64,000 bases of DNA. Source: Zygnema circumcarinatum SAG 698-1b. Taxonomy: Eukaryota > Plantae > Zygnematophyceae. The translations under genes and the position numbers were made by a program. The notes beneath the pieces are model-generated. The model did not search any database. It had not been told where the DNA came from and was given only the letters and a program-made list of their open reading frames with translations. Below, piece after piece: positions 1-18,400 of the stretch (position 1 is its first letter; each line of letters opens with the position of its first letter). The DNA is taken from NCBI GenBank assembly GCA_037447605.1, contig CM074804.1, positions 8,597,356-8,661,355 on the forward strand, given 5' to 3'.

Positions 1-239
1 GTCAGCCTCAGCCTCAACCCCAATCTCAGTCCTTGCCACAGAGTCAGCCTCCCGCTCAGCAGCAGCCTTCATCGCAGCCACAGCAATCGTCCAGTCAACA
101 GCCTGGAAATCCAAATGACGTTGCGCTGCCAGCACAGCCTCAGGGTGAGGCAGAGGCCAAGCGATTCCAGGCTACACTCCAGTTGGCAGCCGCTCTTCTG
201 CAACAAATGCAACAGCAGCAGCATATGAAGAACTCATAA
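1..239 (+). CDS. FPA: 3' end of an FPA-like (Spen family RRM/SPOC) RNA-binding protein, partial
   Basis: Q/P-rich open frame ending ...EAEAKRFQATLQLAAALLQQMQQQQHMKNS* (TAA 237-239). It matches the recalled Arabidopsis FPA C-terminal motif RYQSTLQFAANLLLQIQQKQQQQ. The rest of the gene lies upstream of the window. Confidence 0.65.
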   Translation, partial: QPQPQPQSQSLPQSQPPAQQQPSSQPQQSSSQQPGNPNDVALPAQPQGEAEAKRFQATLQLAAALLQQMQQQQHMKNS

Positions 240-3097
240 GGGAGAAACCGGAGGGCAGATCTTCACGGTCTACATGGTATGCCCCACTTCTCAAATGACC
301 CACTGAGAATTATACACGTAGATTTACCCGGTCAAAACAACAGGCTTCTGCACGTAACCCCCCCCCAGCACATGCCTTTGCCTCCGCCTTCCTACACACT
401 TTCAGTTGCGAATCCTCTGCACACTTGTGCAAAACATGATGTCTTTCCAGAGTTGCCAGACGAAATGACCTGATAAGAGGGAAATGATGACTACATTCTG
501 CATTTTCCACTAGCCGACTAAAACGGGAGTCAAGACTATTTAGCCATAATGTACCCCAATTCATCCTTTCAACCGATTTCACATCAAGGTCTCTCGTGAA
601 CAGATTTAGGACCCTTTCTGGTGGTGATTGTGCCTGGAACTTCGAATCGCAGCTGTGACTGTTCTACTTTACCGCTTCAGTCGGTAGCTCGCGACAAAAG
701 TGAATGTCTGCTCATATTCTATAGGCGTACTAATCAGGATGTGATGCGCAGTAATTGAACACGTTTAAGCACATCATATCTAGCGTCATATCAATTGCCC
801 GGCGTTACTGTTGAATTTGTTTAATGTATTTTGATCACATCATAAACACACAATGGCGATGCACCAATACAACGACTGCGTCTTATGCCTGGACTCGGCA
901 TCTAGAAAAAGTTTGCAGTCGATCTAAAATGCCAGTAGAGAAGTCGTTGTAGTATGAGCTCAAATGCAATAGGATGGTCGACTACTTGTTGGGTTTAATT
1001 TGACGTTTCATGTTATCGTCACCTGTTTCCGAGGTTCGCAGTCTGTCCTTGTTGGGCTCGTCGAGCTTCCATGAGAAGTCAGTGAACACTAAATAATAGT
1101 CTGCAATGCCGTAGTGGCTGGAGTTAGAGGGCAAGCCATCCGTGCCTGACTAAATAAAGCCTTCAACCTGGGTAGAATGTCGGGGTGATGCAATCACATA
1201 TACATAATTCAACTTGCTGCATGCAGAGCTGACACACGGAAAGGAACACGCAAGGCGTTCTCTGCATATTTCAGTAGTGGTGCCAAGAAATTGCATACTC
1301 TAAGTTCGCACTGACACCCTTTCTGCTGTAGTTATCCTTATGCAGAGGTTTGTTTCACTGACATAAATGACTCGCCTTAGCATGCCTGCCTGAACAGGAG
1401 GTGCAAGCAGCAGCATGTGTACTGACTATGGCAGGATGGCACGGTTTACATCTGCATACTCTGTTTGATTTGCAAACGTAAACCTGCCAGCGTTTCTCAG
1501 TGTTGCACAGGTTCAGAGGTCGAGGTCAGAAATGGAACATTAGGTTCCGAACGAATCTTCTGCTCTGGATTGTTGCTGGAGTTCTGCACTTCGTAGGTGG
1601 CAGTTCTTTTCTCTCTCCTTCGCAGAGCAGGCATCACCCCTCGGATGTCCCATGCCATGCATCGGAGAACCTTGGCAAACTTTGAAGCTACATCGTTTCT
1701 GTCAGAAGGGCATCAGGGCTGTGTGCATTCACTCCAGGAACATTGCTGGGACATTATTTTTTATTTAGCGGAAGAGAAGCTCCTCATGCCAGCCGTGCCG
1801 TCCCATGCCTTGCCTGCTTATCTCTGACTGTCGCCACTCGAGCCCACCATTGACCGCTTGCAGCTACCAACCCCGTAGCGCATCGATTCTGACCATTGCA
1901 GGGCGTCTCTTTGCGTGGACTTCAGATGTGTGCCGTCACCATCAGTGCAGCCTTCGTCAAAACGTGTGCACAGAAGTAGTGAAGCTTGGGCGCCTGCACG
2001 GGGAGGTATCGAAGGCCGTCGCGCCGTTATATGCGAAGCATGTGGTTGAGACATGGTGTGAGGGCGCCTTCAACAGTAGTTAGCACATGCCACTTAGGAT
2101 TAGTGTGAATAGGAGGCAGCCCCACTGCCCGCAATAGCCAGAGCTTTGGCAGAGGTTACCCGGGCGTTCTTGAGCAGTTGAGAATGCAGAGGGAAGGAAA
2201 TCTGCTCCAGGAAAGCAGCGACTTGTGCAGAGGGCTCGATCATCACAAAAGAGATTCGCATAGTTCGCAAAACGGTGGTTAATTGCCACTTTGGCGCTAT
2301 GAACAGTTGAATGTCGTAACCAGCCTATGCCGCTGTCTCATTTTGTTCAAAGTGGTTGTGAGCTCGCCAATGTCAGCATTTAGCATTCCACCAGCTCTCT
2401 GCAATGCACTGCAGCAGCACTAGCGGAACGCTGGTTCTACGTCTTGTCGGAACAATGACTGAAACCATCTCCTTTACATGAAATAAACCATTGTGATGTC
2501 TCGAAAATGGGTGAAAGTTCGAATAGAATGAGCCACCCCACCAGCCACAACCCGTTTGTTAGTTTCAAAGGTGGACAGACTCGTCCGCCGCCCTCCTCCA
2601 CGCGCTGCACGTTTGTTGGAGCAAATGTGGGGCGAAAGGACCGCAAAGATCAAGAGATTCACAGATCAGTGCCACATCCTTGTCTTGGCAAAGGGCTGAA
2701 AATGGCCGTTTTGGCGCTGAAAAGCATGTCACATGCTGCTGAACCTGGACCGGACCCTGCGCCAGGTGCATTACCCGTCACACCGAAAATCGCCCTTCCG
2801 ACGCTGACGATGGATTCCCCCTCCCGCGATGTACCGCGCATACCGGGTGACACCGATATCCAGTATCCGATATACAATATTATATTCGATACGGGCTACG
2901 GTACAGAAGCAGCCCGGCGTCCGTACCAAATGTTCGTACCGTACGGCCTGTCACGGTCTGTTGCCTGCACGGCAACGGCGTTCCATGCCGAGAATACGGC
3001 GGCGAGGGAGCGGGAGAGGGAGAGGGAGAGGGAGAGGGAGAAAGGGGAAGGGCTTGGAGGGGTTTCGGAGGGGACGGGGGGCGCGGGGCGGGGAGCC

Positions 3098-4077
3098 ATG
3101 GCGGCGGCGATGATCAGCTTCGACAGCGTGCGGGACAAGAACGTAATGCAGCTGCGCAAGATCAACAGCAGCATCTTCCCCGTGCGCTACCAGGACAAGT
3201 TCTACAAGGACGCCGTCAACTCCGGCGAGTTCACCAAACTAGGTGAGCGCTCAGCCTCTGCCTCTGCCGGGCCGTGCTTGGGCTCAGCGCCCCCTCGCTG
3301 CCCCACGGGCTTGCCATTTGTTGCCAAGAGAGGCGCACGTGCCTGATTTGTGAACGGTGGCATTTGAGCCCAGGAGAGGGAAGGCAAGCTCGCGGGGATG
3401 TCTGATTGCGCCACGTGTTGGCCTTACAGCCTTCTATGGAGACATCTATGTCGGAGCCGTGGCCTGCCGAGTGGAGAAGAGGCCTGCGGGCGGCCAGCGG
3501 CTGTACATTATGACGCTTGGAGTGCTGGCGCCGTACCGGAGACGAGGCATAGGTCGCTGTCTTGCACTCTCCACCTTGTCAAGAAGTTTGTTTCACTTCT
3601 GTTTGGTTGGGCGCTTTAGGGCAACTTGATTATCGAATGTTTTTTCTTTCGTCTAGACGGGCCCCTGATGTCCTCCAGCAATTTTTGTCGGCTGATTAAC
3701 AAAATTGGTGATGCCAGTTTGCCTTCCGTTTTTTTTTTTTCAATTCTCGCGGTTATTGGACTCACGTTTTGAGAGCATGCTAGACTTTGTCTGGTGGCTG
3801 GACAGTTTGCACCAGGGTCAAGTTTGATTAAAATGAAGCTGACATTTCTATATTTTATGTTGCAGGTTCGCGATTGCTGCAACATTGTCTGGACCTATGT
3901 CAGCAAGATTCAAGCATACACGAAATCTACCTCCATGTTCAGACCAACAATGACGATGCCATCGCATTTTACTCGAAGTTTGGCTTTCATGTAACCGGCA
4001 CTGTTCACAACTACTATCGCAGAATAGAGCCTCCAGATTGCCACGTACTCTCTAAGGAGCTTAAACCCTCATCTTGA
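3098..4077 (+). CDS. NAA50: N-alpha-acetyltransferase 50 (NatE catalytic subunit, GNAT)
   Basis: Three exons (3098-3242, 3430-3552, 3866-4077) with GT-AG introns. They give ISFDSVRDKNVMQLRKINSSIFPVRYQDKFY...LYIMTLGVLAPYRRRGIG...IYLHVQTNNDDAIAFYSKFGF...NYYRRIEPPDCHVL, the canonical NAA50 motifs. Confidence 0.93.
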
Positions 4078-4876
4078 CACTTCCACACGCATTGCGAGTT
4101 AGGAATAGACCCGAATTTTTTTTTGGATAGTTTTGGCAATAAGGAGCTTCCAACCAAGCACATGATACTGCTCAGGAGAGTCATGATGTAGGTTCACAGC
4201 CGAGCTTTTCTCTTCTCCAGAGGCTTGTGCAACAGGCCTTTTTCATGATGTGACCAATAAAATCAATTTCAAAACGATGAAGAGTTAAAAAATCCTTTTT
4301 GGCAGCTACTCGGTGCTGTAATGTGAACCGCGCATCATTGCTGTGCCTGTCCTGTCGCGGTCAAGCTTTTCTGAATGGCACCCATCGCGCGTGACCCTAT
4401 TACTGACAAGCAGGTCGACATGTAGCAAGACTGACAATTGCCACTCGCTGCCTTCATTTTCAAAGTCTGTCTGTTGTTTGTGGGATGTTTTGGGCGTTAT
4501 GGATTTCAGCGAGGAATTGCAGCTGCAGATTAACAGCAGCACCACTACATCCAACGGATGGCAGTTGCTTAAGCGAAGACATTTTGTCAAATCCAATGCA
4601 CAAACGTAATTTGTCCAAAAGTGTCGAACGACTTCAGGTTCCTCAAGAGGGAGGGCAACAAGTCCTACAAAACTGGTGGATTGCCCAACGAGCAAAGTTT
4701 ATATACACGCAATCGACCGACCTCTCCCTGGGAATGCCTGGGAATGCCTAACTAACAGGGTCGCCCCCCTGCTCTCAACACAAGAACCCCAGTACACGCC
4801 ATCCATGAAGAAATGCCTCAGCTCGACTTAAGACGATAGGCCTCTCCTCCTCGGTGATATCACATCCCGTGGCCCT

Positions 4877-10455
<5,579 letters not shown>

Positions 10456-10484
10456 GGCCGCCTCCTTTCCCCCCCCCCCGCCTC

Positions 10485-10526
10485 CCTCCTCCTCCTCCTC
10501 CTCCTCCTCCTCCTCCTCCTCCTCCT
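10485..10526. repeat. (CCT)14 microsatellite in the PPase/WD40 divergent promoter
   Basis: Read directly from the sequence. Confidence 0.9.
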
Positions 10527-10916
10527 CAGTCCGTTATCTGACCCCAACGGAGCATTCCCCGGCCTGCCCCCACCCCCACCGCCTGCCGCTGCCCTTCAGC
10601 GGGAGCCCTGACGGAGGAGAACGCCCCGGGCCATGGCGGTGCATCCGTGCATGCCCATGGCCATGCCCATGCCCATGATGGCCATGGATGGATGATGGCT
10701 GATGGGTTTCTTGGCTTGACATGTGATATGATATGGTCACAGGCATGTCGCGGCCATGTACGGACAGGGCGAGAGGTGTACGGCCGGTACGGCAGGCCCC
10801 TTCAATGAGCACCTCCCTCCCTCCCTGTCTGCCAGGAGGGGAGGGGAGGAAAGGGGAGGGGAGGAAAGGGGAGGGGAGGAAAGTGGAGGGAGGAGGGAGG
10901 AGGGAGGGCGGGCGCC

Positions 10917-13900
10917 ATGGGGGGCGCGGAGGCGTACTACAAGAGCAACCTGGACCTGGTGCTGCGCGAGAACAAGGCGCTCAAGGCGCGCCTCGACCAG
11001 CTCGACGCGGAGACGCGCCTGCTCAAGCGCTCGCTCTACGACCTCACCCTGCGGTCCCGCCCCGCCCCGCCCCGCCCCGCGCTCTAAGACATTCTGCCGT
11101 CCGTCGGGTCCTTTGCTTAGGCCGTCAGCTGGACGGGGGTTATCTTAGACACTAGTCTCATCTGCACCGTCTGAACTATAGTTTCGGTCCTACCACTAAT
11201 GATTTGAAAAGTTTTAATTTATACGAAACATTTAATTTTCTTTTTCAAAAGCCCTGAATTATTTGAATTTTTTTTCCTAAATTCCTTCAGCATACTTCCG
11301 GAATTTCCGCTGCCCTTTGCTTACAGATTACCGTTTCTTGAAAGCTGGTACTGAACTCCCATAGCCTTCATGTTTGTAAAGTTGAATGTCTTAAAACCTC
11401 TCAGCTGTAGTGCTTCCTCTATTCATTAACTTCGCCCATTGAGGATTCTTCGCTTTCAGCCTTGCCATGCCAAAGACCTTTATCTCCTAAACTTCCTGAA
11501 CTCTCTCTTCTTTCCTTCCATTGCATTGGGGGCTGCAGTCACAGTGCGTGCTTGGAGCGGTTGGGATGCTCCGCGGAGCCCCTTAGTTTGGACACCACGC
11601 CAGTTCTTCCTGCAGATTTGACACCCTCTCTCACCCTGCATCAGCTGCCCCGCAGTTCTGATCAATCCATTACTTCCTCAGCAGGTGTTTTTTTATAACC
11701 GAGGTGATGCTTAATTCCAGGTTGAAGTGTTTGTGTGAACGACTGCCAGTCCCGCATGCAACAATGCATTCTATCTGAAGTTTTAGACGCAAATTATATA
11801 GAATAGGCTGTTGCAATGGCCTTGGCGGAGAGGTCCAGGTCGAGTGGGAGGACAGGCGAAGCAGCAGAGCGATGGAGTATATCTGCTGCCCACCGCGGAA
11901 CTGAAGGTGAGCCACAAGCAGAGGGGAAGCCTTAGCGGCCTCATGGAAAGCAACTTTTGAAATCGCCCACAGTCCTGCGGAGGCCATCTCAGCAGGCTCG
12001 CACTTCTGGCCGGTCCCCTGCAGGGCCACATGGGAGCCGTGTACTCCGCCCAGTTCGCTCCAACAGGGCGCCTGCTCGCCTCGGGCTCCTTTGACCGCAG
12101 CGTGCGCCTCTGGGACACAGCGCAGCAGCGCGAGGTGCCGACCACTCTCCGGGGCCCGCCAGGAAGGGGGGGGAGGGGGAAGTCAGCGGCTGAGGGAGGA
12201 GAGTGACGGGGGGGGGAGGGGGGGCAGGTCGCCTGTCTGGAGGAGCATCAGCTGAGCGTGGCCGACGTCTGCTGGTCGGCAGACGGTGCGCGGGTGCTCT
12301 CTGCCGGCTTCGACCACTCCGTGAAGGAGTGGGACCCCGCGGGGGGGCGGGCCGTGCACTCCTACGACACGCGCAGCGGCTTCGTGCAGGCCGTCTGCTG
12401 TCATCCCAATGGTGCCTCCAACGCCTGATATCCCCAAGCTACAAACGCACAAAGCCCTACATGCCATGCCATGGCATGGCATGCCGTGCCGTGCCAACGC
12501 CACACCACACCATAAATCAAGTTCATAACTCCCCTCCCGACCTCTGAGAATGTGGCAAAGCATGCTGAACGGCTGCTTGTAGAGAAAGTTTTTCTGAGAC
12601 TCGACACGCACGTTCTGTGCTGCCAGACGGTGCCCTCTTTGTGGCGGCGGGAACAGCAAAGCGGGTGTATGTGTTTGATCGGCGGCAGGGCAGCGCGGCG
12701 GCCATGGAGCTCGAGTGCGAGGGGAAAGTGAGCTCTGTGGTCGTCAGCTGCGCGTGGACGTGTGTGTCCGGCGACTCGCGGGGAGCCCTGAAAGAGTGGG
12801 ACCTGCGCACAGCCGCCTGCTTGGCCTCCCGCTTCAACGACCCCACGCACAAGCCCATCTCCTGCCTCGCATTCGTGGAACCGCAAGGTGTCTATGCATT
12901 TTCAGGCCCGTGATTCAGGAAGCGTTATTCTGCACATTTTGGAATTCTGCGCTTCAGAAACTCGATCCACCTTAGGCTTTTCGTCCAGACAGTGTCTACT
13001 CAACAAATTTATCTCGATTTCCGCGGTTCCTTTTCAGTAAACAAAGGTCAACTGGTGGTGCTGGGACTTGCAGATGCTTCGCTGGAGAGGGAAAGTCAGC
13101 TGGCAGTCAACAGCGACGAGAATGGCAAGCTCACAAGCCCTTCGACTTGGGCACCAATAGCTTGCTTCGACAGTTTTAGATGTGACGGCCACTTCTGCAT
13201 TTGCCATTTGCACTGAGCCTGTCTGGGGAAGGAGCAGTGCTCCGAGTCTACGATGCATCGGCCGAACCAGCTGGCGATTTCTCTGGAGGCCACGTGGCGG
13301 CGCTGCAGCTCCGGCACGCCATTGAGGGGACGCGCAGCGAACACTGGAGCATCCGCTGCTCGCTGCTGCGCGGGGCGCTCTGTGAGTGAGGGGGGACAAC
13401 GGCATGCATGTGCATGGGGCTCATGTGCATCAGCCATGTGGCGCCTTGGCCCGTTCCAGCACGTGTGGGGTAACTTGCCACGTGTCATGGGAGGTGGCAC
13501 AGACAGCAGCAGAACGCGGTCGGAGAGTCAACGGACTGGCGGGGGCGACGGCAGAGATGCGCGCAGCAGAGGGTGAGGGGGAGGGCGCAGCAGCGTGAAA
13601 GCCCTCCAATCCTATGAGGTCCAGCCCCTTCCCCTGCTGCTGAGCAGGACTGAGAGACTGATTGGGTGCGAATGGAAATGGGGGCGGCAGGTGGCTGGAC
13701 GGCCATGTGCAGGAAGCGCTGCTATTGGCCTCAGGCAGCGCTGACCCGTATGCCTATGTCTTTGACGTCAGCGGGCCCCAGGTTTGTGTTTCTCTCTTGT
13801 AACGGGCCTGGCTGTAGGCCGAGTGTACGGAGGGGAGGGAGGGGGAGACGGAGAAGGAGAGAGGGAACGAGCGATCATTCGTGATGATGTTCTTTCTGAG

Positions 13901-14064
13901 CGGCGACGAGCGGCGGGGCGCAGGGCTCCGCGGAGCTGGTGCAGCGGCTGGAGGGCCACGCGGACCGCGTGTGCGGCGCCACGTGGCACCCGAGGGAGGC
14001 GCTGCTCGCCACCTACTCCGCCGACTGCAGCGTGCGCCTCTGGGCTCCGCAGAGGCGCGCGTGA
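10917..14064 (+). CDS. Uncharacterised WD40-repeat protein with N-terminal coiled coil; multi-exon
   Basis: Exon 1 encodes MGGAEAYYKSNLDLVLRENKALKARLDQLDAETRLLKRSLYDL. WD exons encode GHMGAVYSAQFAPTGRLLASGSFDRSVRLWD, EHQLSVADVCWSADGARVLSAGFDHSVKEWD, LLASGSADPYAYVFD and GHADRVCGATWHPREALLATYSADCSVRLWAP. TGA is at 14062-14064. Confidence 0.85.
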
Positions 14065-15415
14065 CGCTTCACCCATGGTCATGCCATGCCATGGCATGCT
14101 TCCCTGGGGCAATGCAAGAGATTGACGCGGTTTAAAGTGTGGATGTGGAATGAAGTGTTCGTAAAATCCCATGGCACCCGACCATGAAGCCGGGCCCATG
14201 GTCCACAGTGGGCGCGGGTCGCGGGAGTGTTGTCGATTTAAAGAACACAGAACGAATCCGTTGTGAACTTTTGCGGCTTCTTCGGTCGATTGGAAGCGCG
14301 TCATGATGATGATGATGGAGGCGTTTGCCGGTCCGCCAGCCCCTTCCGTGTTCTGCGGGCTGCCTGGCCGGTCGACTGCGCACACGCTGTGAAGAGGCCA
14401 TGGTTGAGACAGTCGATCGCTCCAACAGTAGCACTCGCGCGAACTGGCTTGAATGGCAGGTTCGTGAAACAGTCGTGTGGTTTTCATTTGTTTACATGTA
14501 ACGCCTATTTTCCGTTTCACGACCAGTTCCACGAAAGATCGGCCAGCGCATGGGGACTGTCTGAATGTCCGTACAGTGCGACGACCTTATCACAGGTCCC
14601 GACAAGCGTCACCTGGCAGAGGGGGCGGCAGGTCTAGCGAGGGTTGCACGTGGCGTCACGGATATGCACTGGTCCCACGACGAGCGGATGGCTGACGTCA
14701 ACAGTATTTTTCTTTAACGGGTGATCGAACGGTGTAGAATCCTCCGACGGCCATCGACGGTCGACGAAAGAAACTTTTGCGTTGGTGGGACCACAGTCGT
14801 CACGCGGCGCACACAGACGAACTCGCACGTGCGGGCCGACTACAAATCAATTCGTGCTCGACCTCAGGGGCGTGACGTGACAGTCGCTAGACGCGCCACA
14901 AAGACGAGGATTTTTCGAAGTCGCACCCAGCCAATCAGAGGGCGTCCAGCGATTGTGGTGACACGTGTGTAGGACGCTAAAGGGCACCGAGGCGGGGGTA
15001 GAGACACAGAGCTGTCGCACCGCGACTAATGAGTAGGCGCCACGCTAATGGAAATTCTTCGATTTGGGGGGATCTTGGCGGAGGGGGCGATTCTGGAACC
15101 GACGCGATATAAAGCGGTATGAAAGTATGAGATGTTATCGTGCTATTGAACTTATCGATATATCCCGGCTGGAGCAATGCGATATATTCCGATATTGCAG
15201 TGCTGAGGAAAGGCCATGGCCCCATCCCGCCATCCGTCATCGCGCCGTGCCATGGTCATGCCCACGCGATGCGCGTTCCGGTTGCCAACCGCCAATGACC
15301 GCCCGCCCGGTTGCCACGTTTGCTCACCACGTGGCCGCTGACGTCTGACGTGGCGCTGACCGCCAGCCAGGTGCCCCGTCTCCTCTCGCCAGCGCCGGCG
15401 AGGCGAAGAGAGGCC

Positions 15416-18400
15416 ATGGCGGAGGCGCAAGGCCATGGCGGGCAGGGCGAGAAGGAGGAGGAGGATGCCGCCCTCCGCGAGGCGGCGCTCCTGCTGGAGC
15501 GCGCGGAGGGCGAGTGTTACGGGCGGCGTGCGGCCCTCGGCGCGGAGGCGGGGCGGCGGCTCGCGGCGGCGGGCGGTCCTCGGCGGGTGGCGGGCCTCCT
15601 GCGCGCGCTCGCCCTCGCCGGCCCCTCCGCCTCCGCGGGGCCCGCGGGCGTGCGCGACCTCTCCGGGGCGCACAGGGCTGTGGCGGGAGCGCAGCGGCGC
15701 GGCGCGGCTGGGGGCGGCCTCGCCGCGCACTTGGTGCTGGCGGCCGCCGCGGCCTCCAGGACGAGCTTGGGCGCGCTCAAGGCCGCCGTGGAGTCTCCGA
15801 GCCGCCGCTTCCTGCCGCTCGCCTGCACGGAGTTCGTGCGCCAGGCGGAGAGCGGAGAGGCGATAACGCAGCAGCTGTTGGCGTCTCCGCCTGCAACTCA
15901 GAAACTCCTGCTCCTCGCCTGCGTGAAGCAGAGGAAGACGACTGTCCTCGATTGGTTCGTGGAGCAGGCGGTGGGGAAAGGGGAGGCTAAGGCAGCTGCC
16001 GGTGTGCTCCATGGCTGCAGCGAGGATGTTGTCATGCGGTACCTTGGAACTCTGAAGGAAAGTGGCGGAGTCAGAGTACTAAAGATCGCAAAATTCCATG
16101 GCCGTGTATTGCTCCGCATGCTCCGTTCAGAGTTGGAGGCAGCGCGGGGTTCGGAGGCCGGCGTGTGGGCTCGGTGGGGCGGCTCCTTCGACTGGGACTC
16201 CGTGCTGGCGAGCGAGCCGTCGCTCTGCGCGGAGTTGTTCGCACTGTTCGCGGCGCGGCCCCCCCGCCAGGCCGTCCCGAGAAGCAGCCGCGCCTTCCTC
16301 CTCACGGAGGCTTTTTGCTTGCCGGGCAGCGCCAAGGCGGCGGAGACGCTTGACCTCCCCGAAATACCGCCCTTACTAGCGGCACGCATGTCGCTGCTGC
16401 TTGCGGTCGCGCGTGAGTGCTGCGTTGAAATGCTGCGAAGCGCAGGCCTCTGCCAGGTCCAGGCAGGCGGAGTGGCGTACCTACTGCCCGACGGATTCTG
16501 GCGCTCTAGCTTTATGTCAAAGAACTTGGGCAAACTCTTTCCGGACCTGTTCAGCCTGGCGCGCATTGTGGGGGACGCCTTCACTGCGGAAAGGTTTTGT
16601 GCAGCAGCCATGTTAGGGGATGCAGGAGGCATTTTAGATGAAATGGTAGTGGAATTCTATTTCACGACGCGGCGAGGCTCTGTGTCGCCCCTTCTGGGGG
16701 AGCAGCAGGCTGTGACGTGGTATCGATGGCTGCTGGATGTTCTGCTGAAGGTTCGGCCCGCAAAAGCTGACTTTGGCGCTGCGGTAAGGCGGCATATGTT
16801 TGGCGCACAGGAAGCGGCCAAGGAAAAGGCGGCTCTCCGCGTCCAGCAGTACTGGGACTCGCTGGTGGACCGACTGCTGAGCACAGCGCTGCGGTACTTC
16901 ACCTCGTGTGCGCTGAAAAAGCCTCTCGCAGACTTCCTAAAACAGATGACGGAGTTTCTCGAGGACTCGGGAGAAGTAGCGAGGCTAGCGAGGCGGACGG
17001 TAGGGGACGCGGTGCGGGAGGCTCAGCACGTGTGGGGGTGGTTGCTGGACTTTGGGGCGCATTTTTATACCCAGAGGGCTCCGGGCGCTCTCCTGTGGCA
17101 GGATCTCGTTCTGTGGGAGGAGGGGGCTGCCGAGGGAGAGAGGCGGCTGAAGCTGAGGGCCTGCTGGCAGTCTTGGGAGATCCCTTACGCTCTTAGACTC
17201 CTCCGAAAACAGCAGCTCTGGGAGGGGATGAAGGACTGTCTCCAAAATGACAAAGAACTGGGAGAGAAAGTGTACTTAACTTTGTCCACAAGATGGAATG
17301 AAGCCTATCCAGGACTGATGGGCGAAGAAGACATTTCCTTTGAAATGTTTTCAAGGTGGTGGAACGCATCTGCTCTGCCTGCTCTTGGCGAGAGGGCCCG
17401 TTTCTCTTTTGAAACCAGGCAGTTGTGGATTCGCATGCTGAAATCCGCCTCTCCCGCCACCCGTCTGGCAGCCCTGTCTGCTCTGAGCCCCGAGCAGATG
17501 GACGCTCTCTTGCGCTGCTGGGAGGGCTCCATGGGTGCATTGGCGGGCCTGCTGCCCCGCGGAAGCGCGGTCGTCTTGCGATTCCTCGAGAGGGCGCAGG
17601 GCGGTGACCGGGAGGAGCTGGAGGCCTTTCTGGACATCGGGCTCGCCGGTCAGCGGAGGGAGTTTGAAAAGCGCGCAAGCGCGGGCAGCGTGCAGGGCCG
17701 CCACCTCGCCTGCCGCGTCCTGCTGGCGGCCTCGCTCAGAGGGGGACTCGCCAAGGAGGTCATCGTCACTCTGCAATGGCTCGCTGCCAGGGCTCGGAAT
17801 GCCCGTCCACAGAGCCGGGCGTTCATTCTCGAGCAGCTTCTCGAGCGAGATGCAGAACTCCTCGACGTATGCTGCCCATCCATGGAGGCTGATGATTCGG
17901 AACGAGGTCGTCAAGGCATGGGTTTCTCGCTTGATTCTGTAGAGGAGGCTGACTCTGCATCTCTTGTTTCTGACCAAGATAAGGAGCGCAAGCTGCAGGA
18001 AGCACAGGGCATTCGTGGAGATTCTGTATACGCAGACGGCGAGCTTGAAGTCATTGCCACAGCATTTTCTGAAGTGTGGCGGCAGTTGACGTCTGATCTG
18101 CTGAATTCCCCAGACGTGTCAACGCCGGAGCTTGAATCTCTGCCCGGTAGGATCGCTGAATTTGGAGACTCCGTGAAGCAGCATGTGTTGAAGCGACTGC
18201 AGGAGGGCTGCTCATTGGAGGGGGCGTTTCGCGTATGGTGGCGCCTTGCGAGCCACTTGCAGTATGAGGTGAGGTTTTCTTCCACTCCCTCTCTCCCCTC
18301 CTACTGATCTCCCTCTAAGAAATCCATATGGGACGGCAGGACAGACAGGCTGATTAGCCAATCCAGTGGCATTTGGGCGGGCAGGTTCGCGTCCGGCAGT

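Noticed and set aside
868-951. 10-bp inverted repeat TACAACGACT/AGTCGTTGTA with partial inner pairing (pre-miRNA-like hairpin)
   Set aside because: Inner pairing is weak and interrupted, so it cannot be distinguished from chance in a 3' flank without folding energy or small-RNA data.
1100-2700. Unexplained interval with short ORFs and splice-like signals between FPA and NAA50; faint LRYLPVQ similarity to CACTA transposase on the minus strand
   Set aside because: There is no coherent reading frame or recognisable domain, and the similarity is too short to support a call.
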